NCBI GenBank assembly: GCA_043807425.1
Contig: JAZDFZ010000079.1
Span: 4,301-68,300, forward strand
From: Actinomycetota bacterium
Lineage (GTDB): Bacteria; Actinomycetota; Geothermincolia; Fen-727; Anoxymicrobiaceae
Reading direction: 5' to 3'
DNA length: 64,000 nt
Shown here: in pieces, positions 53,341 through 60,856 of the stretch
Layout of the letters: each line of letters starts with the position of its first letter
How positions within the stretch are numbered: position 1 is the first letter of the stretch
Translations under genes and position numbers: made by a program
Notes under the pieces: generated by a model
The model's input: only the letters and a program-made list of their open reading frames with translations
Told to the model about the DNA's origin: nothing
The model's database searches: none

Positions 53341-54188
53341 TGTACGTAGCAACGGCCGCGCTGTGCGCGTGCGGGGGGTGCCACTGCTCGCTGATGACGG
53401 TCGGCGAGCCGTTCATCGCCCTACTGGCGGACAACTCCATATCTTACTCGAGCCACTTAGTCGACCGCAGGACCATCGCACCGTCCGACGTGGTCCTGGT
53501 GACGGGCGGCATAAGGAACTCCGAGGAGCTGGAGATCGCCTCGGAGATAGGGCGGACCAGCCGCAAGGTGATAGCGGTGGGTTCCTGCGCGGTCTACGGG
53601 GGCATCCCCGGCGCGGGCGATATCCTCCCGGTCGAGGTCGAGGACGGCTCAGGACTGCCGGTGCTGCTGCCGCGGCTCGAGCCGCTGGACACGGCGATCA
53701 CGGTGGAGCTGTACGTCCCGGGGTGCCCGCCGCCACCCAACCTCATTTTCGAGGCCCTGAAGTCGGTGGTCGAGGGTTACTCGTCCATACGCTTCGACTC
53801 GACGGTCTGCTCGGACTGCCCCCGCCGGGTGCGGCGGGGCCCGGTGCGGCGCTGGACGCTTCACCCCGGGACCGGCGTCCACGGCGCCGACTGCCTTCTC
53901 TCGGGGGGCATGCTGTGCCTCGGCCCGGTGACCCGTGGAGGCTGCCGGGCTTCGTGCCCCGCCAGGGGAGCCGTCTGTGCGGGGTGCCGGGGACCTTCAG
54001 ACGCGGTCCTCTCCTCCCAGTTGCACTCCATGTACGCGGACATGGTCAAGTACGTGGGGTTGACCTGCGGTACGAGGGAGGACAAGGTCGCCAGAGAGAT
54101 GGCGGCCCTGCTGCGCTGGATGTACCTGTTTACCCGGAGGGACCCGGTGACCAGGGCCAGGATCAGGGAGAAGGTCGTCGATGGATAG
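53340..54188 (+). CDS. [NiFe]-hydrogenase small subunit, cytoplasmic group-3 (FrhG/MvhG-like) type
   Basis: No Tat signal. Proximal-cluster cysteines are LCACGGCHCS, VGSCAVYGG and PGCPPPP. The C-terminal 8-Cys region (CSDC...C..GGMLCLGPVTRGGC...CP..G..CAGCRGP) is typical of COG1941. The tracked ORF from 53217 overlaps the V4R gene out of frame. Confidence 0.8.
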   Translation: MYVATAALCACGGCHCSLMTVGEPFIALLADNSISYSSHLVDRRTIAPSDVVLVTGGIRNSEELEIASEIGRTSRKVIAVGSCAVYGGIPGAGDILPVEVEDGSGLPVLLPRLEPLDTAITVELYVPGCPPPPNLIFEALKSVVEGYSSIRFDSTVCSDCPRRVRRGPVRRWTLHPGTGVHGADCLLSGGMLCLGPVTRGGCRASCPARGAVCAGCRGPSDAVLSSQLHSMYADMVKYVGLTCGTREDKVAREMAALLRWMYLFTRRDPVTRARIREKVVDG

Positions 54189-55548
54189 CCCCGAGGAACT
54201 CCAGGAAACCGGCGAGTGGACCGGCCAGAAGGTCCGTATCTACCCCGTGACCCGCATCCAGGGCAGGGCCGACATCGAGGTGTTCTTCACCCCACACCAG
54301 AAGCCACGCGGGGCCCGCTTCAGGGCTCTGGAATACCGCGGATTCGAGGAGATGGTACCCGGGATGCCCGCGTTGCGGGTGCCCTCCGTGCTGTCCCGCC
54401 TGTGCGGTCCGTGCGGACTGACCCACCAGCTGCTCTCCTGCCTCGTGATCGAGCGCGCGCTGGACGTGGAGGTCCCGGAGGCGGCCACATCCTTCCGCGA
54501 GCTGATCTCCTGGTTGTTCCTTGCCCAGAGCCACCTGCTGACCATGGTCTACTCGGTCTTGCCGGATTACGCGCTTCCCATGTCCGATGTGTCGGTGCGT
54601 AACATAGCCGGCATATACTCCGTTGACCGGGAGGGCGTGTCCAGGCTGCTCGCGGCCCTGACGGCGTTCACGCGGGCCATCAGCGCGGTGGCCGGCCTGC
54701 CGGCGCATCCGCCGGTGGTGGTGCCCGGGGGGACTTCCTACCTGCCGGCCGCGGAGGGCTTGCACAGGGTATCCGAGATGCTCGCCGAGGGCAGGGAAGA
54801 CATCGCCGAGACCCTCCGCCTGGTGGAGATGCTGACGAAGCGCAGCTCCAGGATGATCGACCCGGGTCCACCACTGAAGGGCTTCTACGTCACTACCAGC
54901 GCCGGCGGCTTCGCCGACATCAACGGAGACTCCGTGACCATCTCCCCGTTCGATGGCGAAGAGCGACGGGTGGTAGACCCCGACTCCTTCCTCGATATGC
55001 TGGACAAGAGGCCCGTCGACTGGTCCTACCTGGTGCCGGTGGCGATTCTGCAGGGTGAGCCGTGCCTGGTGGGGCCCATGGCGCGGGTCAACCTGGGTTT
55101 CAGCCCGGAGGCGGGATGGGCGTGCGAGGAGCGCGCACGGATCCTGGAGGAGTGGGGCGCGCCCATGGACAGCGAGCTGCTCTTCTTCACGGCGCTGGCC
55201 CTGGAGGTCATCTGGGCCTGGGAGAACGCGTCGCGGCTCCTCGAGGGGGGGACCATCTCCGGGACCGACTCGTGCTCGGTGCCCTCGATGTCGGAGTCGG
55301 GCGCGGTGGCGGTGCTGGAGACGCCCCGGGGCACGGCCCTCCACTGGCTGGCGATGGACAGGGGAGGGGCGGTCGCGGAGTACCGAGTGGTAAGCTCGCT
55401 GCAGCTCAACCAGGCGCTGCTCGACGACCACCTCACCTCGGTGGCGCTCAGCGAGGTCAGCGGCCTGGAGATAAGTGACGCCACTTCCCAGCGGCTGCAG
55501 TTCGCGGTGCGCTCATTCCTGCCGTGTGTCTCCTGTGGGACACACTAG
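54181..55548 (+). CDS. [NiFe]-hydrogenase large subunit-like protein (variant proton-gate residue, no C-terminal extension)
   Basis: L1 motif RLCGPCGLTH (C75, C78), ETPRGTALHW, and L2 motif PCVSCGTH (C449, C452), which ends exactly at the stop codon. The N-terminal motif reads PVTRIQGR where RIEGH is canonical. Overlaps the small-subunit gene by 8 nt. Confidence 0.8.
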   Translation: MDSPEELQETGEWTGQKVRIYPVTRIQGRADIEVFFTPHQKPRGARFRALEYRGFEEMVPGMPALRVPSVLSRLCGPCGLTHQLLSCLVIERALDVEVPEAATSFRELISWLFLAQSHLLTMVYSVLPDYALPMSDVSVRNIAGIYSVDREGVSRLLAALTAFTRAISAVAGLPAHPPVVVPGGTSYLPAAEGLHRVSEMLAEGREDIAETLRLVEMLTKRSSRMIDPGPPLKGFYVTTSAGGFADINGDSVTISPFDGEERRVVDPDSFLDMLDKRPVDWSYLVPVAILQGEPCLVGPMARVNLGFSPEAGWACEERARILEEWGAPMDSELLFFTALALEVIWAWENASRLLEGGTISGTDSCSVPSMSESGAVAVLETPRGTALHWLAMDRGGAVAEYRVVSSLQLNQALLDDHLTSVALSEVSGLEISDATSQRLQFAVRSFLPCVSCGTH

Positions 55549-55560
55549 GAGGACAGGCGG

Positions 55561-55836
55561 ATGCCACACATACCGGACATAAAGGTGATAAAGGAGCGCT
55601 GCGTAGCCTGCGGTGACTGCATCACGCTATGCCCCCAGAGTGGAGAGGACTCTACCTCTCCCGTGCTGGACATGGGAGAGGGGACGGTCTCCGTGCTGAA
55701 CCATGAGGCGTGCATAGCCTGTTACACCTGCGTGGAGTACTGCCGCGCTGCGGCCATCCACATCGTCCAGGAAGTCTCCGGGCACGAGGGGCAGCCTGAC
55801 CTGTACCTGACCCGCCCCGTGAACAGGATAGTCTGA
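55561..55836 (+). CDS. 2x[4Fe-4S] ferredoxin-domain protein
   Basis: 91-aa ORF with CVACGDCITLCP and CIACYTCVEYC motifs. Starts 12 nt after the large-subunit stop. Confidence 0.8.
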   Translation: MPHIPDIKVIKERCVACGDCITLCPQSGEDSTSPVLDMGEGTVSVLNHEACIACYTCVEYCRAAAIHIVQEVSGHEGQPDLYLTRPVNRIV

Positions 55837-55898
55837 TAACGGACGAGTTGGAGATTCCTCATATATTTTTCCGCCGTTTCCGATACTATGTTAAACAA

Positions 55899-56070
55899 GG
55901 GTAAGCCTACGAGCTGTGACTGTAGGTCGAACAAGTTGCCCCGCAGCGTGGTGCGAGCCAACTTGACGTCTAGCAGACTTGGCCGGGTAAGCCTACGAGC
56001 TGTGACTGTAGGTCGAACAAGTTGCCCCGCAGCGTGGTGCGAGCCAACTTGACGTCTAATAGACCTGGCC
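55899..56070 (+). repeat. Tandem duplication of an 86-bp unit (83/86 identical) with hairpin potential
   Basis: Unit 1 is 55899-55984 and unit 2 is 55985-56070, followed by a degenerate start of a third unit (GGGCAAGGG). Lies in the 265-nt spacer between the ferredoxin gene and the first Roadblock gene. Confidence 0.9.
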
Positions 56071-56125
56071 GGGCAAGGGCCCGATCGCGGGGGGGATTCG
56101 ATTGAACGGTTCGCGAGAAGACAGG

Positions 56126-56473
56126 ATGTCGGAGATTCTGCGGGACTTGCGGGCGGACAGTCCCGGCGTCGAGGCCGCCGTACTGGTGAGCTCCGACGCC
56201 ATGCCGCTCGCCTCGGAGCTCGGCGATTCAATGGACGAGGAGCTCCTGAGCGCGATGGCTTCGTCGCTGGTGGCCTCTGGGGAGAGGGTTGCCCGCGACC
56301 TGTCGCGGGGAAGCCTCGACCAGGTCTACCTTCGGGGCGCCGAAGGCGACCTGGTGGTGGTGAGGGTAAACGACGACGCCTTGCTGGCGTGCGTGGTCAA
56401 CAACCAGGCCAGGATGGGAATGACCCTGCTCGAGGTCAATCGCTGTGCCGCGAGGCTATCGGAGATCATTTAG
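56126..56473 (+). CDS. Roadblock/LC7 (MglB/CvnB-like) domain protein 1
   Basis: MSEILRDLRADSPGVEAAVLVSSDAMPLAS...LVVVRVNDDALLACVV fits the Robl_LC7 alpha-beta-alpha pattern. The open frame starts at TTG 56102; ATG 56126 was chosen. Confidence 0.75.
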   Translation: MSEILRDLRADSPGVEAAVLVSSDAMPLASELGDSMDEELLSAMASSLVASGERVARDLSRGSLDQVYLRGAEGDLVVVRVNDDALLACVVNNQARMGMTLLEVNRCAARLSEII

Positions 56474-56642
56474 ACGGCCTCCGGACGCGAGAGGTAGCAG
56501 GAGCGCTGTGATAGAATTAGCGTGTAAAACGGTATACGTGAGTGCCGCTGGCGATGCCTATGCGAGGGTATGACATGGGGATTGTTCGTCGGTGTTCGCG
56601 TATCCGAGCGGTCCCGATCGACGAGGCCGGGAGGTAGCCGGC

Positions 56643-57041
56643 TTGGACGGTTCTCAGCAGAGCGACCTCCACGAGGCGCTGAAGCGCCTCATAGAGAAGT
56701 CCCAGGACATAGACGCCGCGGCGGTTGTGAGTATGGACGGCTTTGTCATGGCCTCGGTCCTGCCCGCCGGGTACGAGGAGGACCGCCTGGGCGCGATGTC
56801 GGCCGCCCTCCTCAGCCTGGGCGAGCGCACGGCGCAGGAGCTGGGCAGGGGAGAGCTCGCGCAGGTCTTCGTGGAAGGGACCAACGGTTACGTCTTCCTT
56901 CTGGCCGCCGGAGAGGACGCCGTACTCAACGCCATCGTGCGGCGTGGAAGCAAGCTCGGGCTGGTCCTCTATGACATTCGCAACGCGGCCAAGGAGATCG
57001 CCGCGATAATCGACGCGAACCTGCAGGTCGAGTACGAGTAG
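56643..57041 (+). CDS. Roadblock/LC7 (MglB/CvnB-like) domain protein 2
   Basis: LHEALKRLIEKSQDIDAAAVVSMDGFVMAS...GYVFLLAAGEDAVLNAIV. TTG 56643 has GGGAGG 8 nt upstream. The tracked ORF starts at GTG 56592. Confidence 0.75.
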   Translation: MDGSQQSDLHEALKRLIEKSQDIDAAAVVSMDGFVMASVLPAGYEEDRLGAMSAALLSLGERTAQELGRGELAQVFVEGTNGYVFLLAAGEDAVLNAIVRRGSKLGLVLYDIRNAAKEIAAIIDANLQVEYE

Positions 57042-57056
57042 TCAGGCAGGAACGGA

Positions 57057-60000
57057 ATGCCACTGAAGGGAAGCCTCAGAGATTTCAGCCTTCCCGACCT
57101 GTTTCAGCTGATTCACTTCGGGAAGAAGAACGGGACCCTCAACATCACCAATGGTGACGTGAAGGGCTACGTGTGCTTCCGTAACGGCAACGTCTTCTTC
57201 GCCACCCATAACTGGAAGCGCCCGCCTCTCGGCCAGCGCCTCGTCGAAGCGGGAATGGTCACCAGCGACCAGATCGAGGAGGCCCTGGACCTGCAGAAGG
57301 GCTCCAGCAAGGGTCAGCGCCTGGGTAACATCCTGGTCGAACTCGGCTACCTGTCCAGGGAATCCCTGGAGGTGTTCGTAGAGGAGCAGATCCGAGATGC
57401 GGTATTCCACCTGCTTCGCTGGACCGAGGGCGACTTCGACTTCGATCCCAACCAGATCTTTCCCGAGGAGGATATCGGCCTCTCCATGAGCACGGAGGAC
57501 CTCATCATGGAGGGGAGCCGGCGCCTGGACGAGTGGTTCCAGATCGAGAAGAAGGTTCCTTCGCTCGACTCCGTATTCCGCATGACGAAGATGCCGGGAA
57601 AGGAAGCCAGTGACATCAACCTGACCAGCGAGGAGTGGCTGGTCCTCTATCACGTCGACAGTGAGAGCACGGTCAGGGACATCATCGAGAAGTCAGGGCA
57701 GAGTGCGCTGGTGACATGCAAGGCGCTGTACGGGCTGGTGACGGCGGGGCTGGTGGAGCTGGTCACCGGAGAAGGGGCGGGGGTCCCGGCTGCGAGCGGT
57801 GCCCTGGAGGACGAGATAGAGAAGCTGGCGGAGTCCGGTGAGCCCGCCCCGGCCGCGCCCCAGGCCGCCTCCCAGGAGACCCGCGGCAGGAAGGCGCGCC
57901 GCAAGGCTCCCGCGCCCATCGAGGAGGAAGCCCCCCCCGCGGAGGTCTTTGAGACCGTCGGTGACTTCTCGGACGAGGACGTCAGCGTAGAGGTCGTCGG
58001 CGCCGGCGAGGAGGATGCCCGGAAGCGGCGCCGCAAGCCGAAACGGCGCGGTAAGAAGGCCGAGCCGGAGCCCGTGGCCGAGGAAACCGAGCCCGTGGCG
58101 GAGGAAGCCGAGCCGCCGGCGGAGACGGAGGAGGAGGCGCGCGAGCCTGCTCCCGTGGTCGAGGCCGGCGAGGAGCCCCCGGCGGAGGAGTCCCCGGCCG
58201 CCGTCGAGGAGGTCCCGGCCGAACCCGAGCCCGAGCCCCCGGAGGCCGCGCCCGAGGAGAAGCCTTCGGCTATCGTCCACGACGACGAGGTTATGCCGCT
58301 GCCCGAGGCAAAGGAGGAGGCACCGGCCCCGGGGCAGAGCCTGGTCGATTACTACAAGTCACTGGCCCTCAAGGATGCCACCGACACGGACCGGCTGGTC
58401 GCTTTCCAGGAGACCGAGGAGAGCATCGTCGCGCAGCAGGGGGCGGTCGACCAGGATCTCGAGCCGGGGTTCGTCTCGACGGTGGAGGAGGAGGTCCCGG
58501 ATTTCGAGGAGCCGGAGGATATCCCGCTGGAGTGGGCCGGCCACCTGGCGCGCATGAGGGGCGGGAAGAAGCTGGAGACCCCGAAGATTCTACAGCCCGC
58601 CGAGGAGGCTGAGCCCGCTGAGACCCCACCGGAGGCGGTCTCCGAGGCCGAGCCGCTCGCCGGGGGGGTCCCGGTCGAGCGGGAGAAGCTGGAGGAGCCT
58701 GTGGTGGCGGAGGAGACCCACCCGGGCGCCATGACCTACGAGCAGGAGCTGGAAGCCGCCGCCGCGGAGGAAGAGCCCCCGGCGGTGCCGCTCGTCGAGG
58801 AGGTCGGCGTGGCCTCGGGAGCCCCGTTGCCCTCCGGCGAGGACATGGAACGGATGCTCCAGGTGGAGCCGCAGCCAAGGGAGGAGATGAGCAGGGAGGA
58901 GCTACTCGCTTTCGACCAGCCCACATACCAGGCCCAGGCGAGGGAGACCGCGCCGGAGGTGGAACCGCTCCTCGAGGGCCCCGAGCCGGCGGTCGAACCG
59001 GTCGGCGCGGCGGAGGGACCCCGCGGCGGCATCCTCGGCCGGGTCCTGAAGTTCACGAAGGGCGCTCCGGCCGAGGACATCGAGGTGGTCCTCGAGCAGG
59101 GCGAGCCGATCGAGGCCTCGGTCGTCTCCGAGGAGCTGTCGGTGGCCGAGGACCTGGGCATAGAGGTCGGCGAGCCTGTTGCGGTGCAGGTGGAGACAGG
59201 CCCGGCCTTCGAGGTGGAGCTCGCCTCCGGCGAGGTGGCCGAGGAGCCCGTGATGGAACCGGTCATCGAGACCGCGGAGCTGATCACCGAGGCCGAGACC
59301 GCGGCAGCGATCGAGCTCGCGGAGCTCGAGAGCGCTGTGGAGGAGGTCGAGGCCGTAGAGAGCGTCATCGAGCCGGGTACGGTCGAGGTCGCGGCGGAAC
59401 CGGAGGAGGTGTTCGTCCTCGAGGAGCCTGAGACCGTGGCGATGATTGACGAGGAGGAGGTCGTTGCGCTCGAGCTCGAGATAGAAGCCACCGCGGTGGA
59501 GGGAGCGCAGGTGATAGCGCTCGACTCGGTCAGGTCGGCGGGCGCCGGTCAGGTGGAGGAGGCGTCGGTTCTCGACGAGATAGTGTTCGAGGAGCCGTCG
59601 GCCGCCGTGGAGGAATTGGCCGAGGCGTGGGAGGTCCCCGAGCTGGAGGAGGGAGCCGCGGTGACCCTCTCCGAGTCGCCCGAGGTCGCCGCCGTGGAGG
59701 CCCCTGCCTTCGAGGATGAGCTGGCGGAGCTCGAGCTCGCCGCGACGGGTGAGGAGGAGCCGCCCGCCGCGATAGCCGAGGAGGAGCCACCGGCGGCGGC
59801 GTTGGCTGTCGAAGCCACCGACGACGCATACGGTGGATTCGAGGACATCGAGATGCTTCGAGAGATCACGTCGTCGAAAACGGCTACGGCACCCCCTCCC
59901 GAAGAGGAGCCCGTCCCGCCCGAGGAGGAGCTTGCCCGGGAGGCCCGGCCGGAGTTCGAGCAAGAGCCTGTCGTGGCGTTCGACGTCGAGGAGGAGGAGG

Positions 60001-60272
60001 AGGAGGGCGGTCTGATGGGCTCGCTGAAGGTCAGCGGCAAGAGGGGCGCCGGGACGAGCCTCATCGACCTGGAGACCTTCGAGCTGGAGCAGGAACTGCT
60101 CGAACTGGCCGGCGGCGTTAAGCAGACTAAGCATCGCCTGCCCGTTACCGAGCGGGACAGCGGGGCCAAGAACAAGAAAGACAAGAAGGGACGCGGCGGC
60201 AAGGGCCGCGGGTCAAAAGAGGTGGACAAAGGGTCGGTTAAGAAGATTATTGACGACATGAAGAAGATGTAG
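57057..60272 (+). CDS. DUF4388 (PATAN-like) domain protein with giant acidic low-complexity region
   Basis: The N-terminus [49 protein letters not shown] is the DUF4388 signature. About 800 aa of Glu/Ala/Pro/Val-rich sequence follows, with basic patches and a Lys-rich C-terminus. Confidence 0.8.
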   Translation: MPLKGSLRDFSLPDLFQLIHFGKKNGTLNITNGDVKGYVCFRNGNVFFATHNWKRPPLGQRLVEAGMVTSDQIEEALDLQKGSSKGQRLGNILVELGYLSRESLEVFVEEQIRDAVFHLLRWTEGDFDFDPNQIFPEEDIGLSMSTEDLIMEGSRRLDEWFQIEKKVPSLDSVFRMTKMPGKEASDINLTSEEWLVLYHVDSESTVRDIIEKSGQSALVTCKALYGLVTAGLVELVTGEGAGVPAASGALEDEIEKLAESGEPAPAAPQAASQETRGRKARRKAPAPIEEEAPPAEVFETVGDFSDEDVSVEVVGAGEEDARKRRRKPKRRGKKAEPEPVAEETEPVAEEAEPPAETEEEAREPAPVVEAGEEPPAEESPAAVEEVPAEPEPEPPEAAPEEKPSAIVHDDEVMPLPEAKEEAPAPGQSLVDYYKSLALKDATDTDRLVAFQETEESIVAQQGAVDQDLEPGFVSTVEEEVPDFEEPEDIPLEWAGHLARMRGGKKLETPKILQPAEEAEPAETPPEAVSEAEPLAGGVPVEREKLEEPVVAEETHPGAMTYEQELEAAAAEEEPPAVPLVEEVGVASGAPLPSGEDMERMLQVEPQPREEMSREELLAFDQPTYQAQARETAPEVEPLLEGPEPAVEPVGAAEGPRGGILGRVLKFTKGAPAEDIEVVLEQGEPIEASVVSEELSVAEDLGIEVGEPVAVQVETGPAFEVELASGEVAEEPVMEPVIETAELITEAETAAAIELAELESAVEEVEAVESVIEPGTVEVAAEPEEVFVLEEPETVAMIDEEEVVALELEIEATAVEGAQVIALDSVRSAGAGQVEEASVLDEIVFEEPSAAVEELAEAWEVPELEEGAAVTLSESPEVAAVEAPAFEDELAELELAATGEEEPPAAIAEEEPPAAALAVEATDDAYGGFEDIEMLREITSSKTATAPPPEEEPVPPEEELAREARPEFEQEPVVAFDVEEEEEEGGLMGSLKVSGKRGAGTSLIDLETFELEQELLELAGGVKQTKHRLPVTERDSGAKNKKDKKGRGGKGRGSKEVDKGSVKKIIDDMKKM

Positions 60273-60287
60273 GAGGGGAGGGATTGA

Positions 60288-60830
60288 TTGGCGGAAGTCT
60301 ATAAGATCGTGGTGACAGGGCCGTTCGACTCGGGAAAGACGACGTTCATAGGCTCCATCAGCGAGATCGACGTCGTCTCTACCGAGAGGACGACGAGGGT
60401 CGGCGGAAAGCGGCACAGCACCACGGTTGCGATGGACTTCGGCCGGATAACCCTCCGCGAGGGCCGCGTGCTCTTCCTCTACGGAACCCCCGGCCAGGGC
60501 CGGTTCGACTTCATGTGGGAGATCCTCTCGGAGGGCATGCTCGGGTACGTCCTCCTGCTGGACGGCAGCCGACCCGACACCTTTGAAGAAGGCTTGCGCA
60601 TCCTTGACGCGTTCGAGCGCATCTCCGAGGCGCCCCACGTGGTAGCGCTGACCCGGCCTGAGGTGCCGGGCTCGCTTCGCGCTTCGGGTGCGGCCCGTCG
60701 CGTGCCCGCGCTGGAGGGGCACACGGTACTTGAGTGCGATGCGCGCAGGCTGAAGGACGTGAAGGACGTGCTGCTCGAGCTGCTGGAGGCGGTGCTGGCC
60801 AGGGCTGAGGCCCGGGCGCAGGCGGGCTAG
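60288..60830 (+). CDS. Small Ras-like GTPase of the COG2229/CvnD/MglA-related family
   Basis: P-loop KIVVTGPFDSGKTT, switch-I-like STTVAMDFG and G3 LYGTPGQGRF (Thr in place of the canonical Asp, as in MglA). No NKxD motif is present. TTG start after AGGAGGGGAGGGA. Confidence 0.75.
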   Translation: MAEVYKIVVTGPFDSGKTTFIGSISEIDVVSTERTTRVGGKRHSTTVAMDFGRITLREGRVLFLYGTPGQGRFDFMWEILSEGMLGYVLLLDGSRPDTFEEGLRILDAFERISEAPHVVALTRPEVPGSLRASGAARRVPALEGHTVLECDARRLKDVKDVLLELLEAVLARAEARAQAG

Positions 60831-60856
60831 AGCGCGCCGAAGACGAGGATTGGAAG

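Noticed and set aside
55899-56070. Possibility that the 86-bp direct repeats are a CRISPR array or a tRNA-like gene pair.
   Set aside because: There are only two directly abutting copies with no spacers. The unit is far longer than CRISPR repeats and no cas genes are nearby. The unit's 5' and 3' ends are not complementary, and no cloverleaf or T-loop consensus is present.
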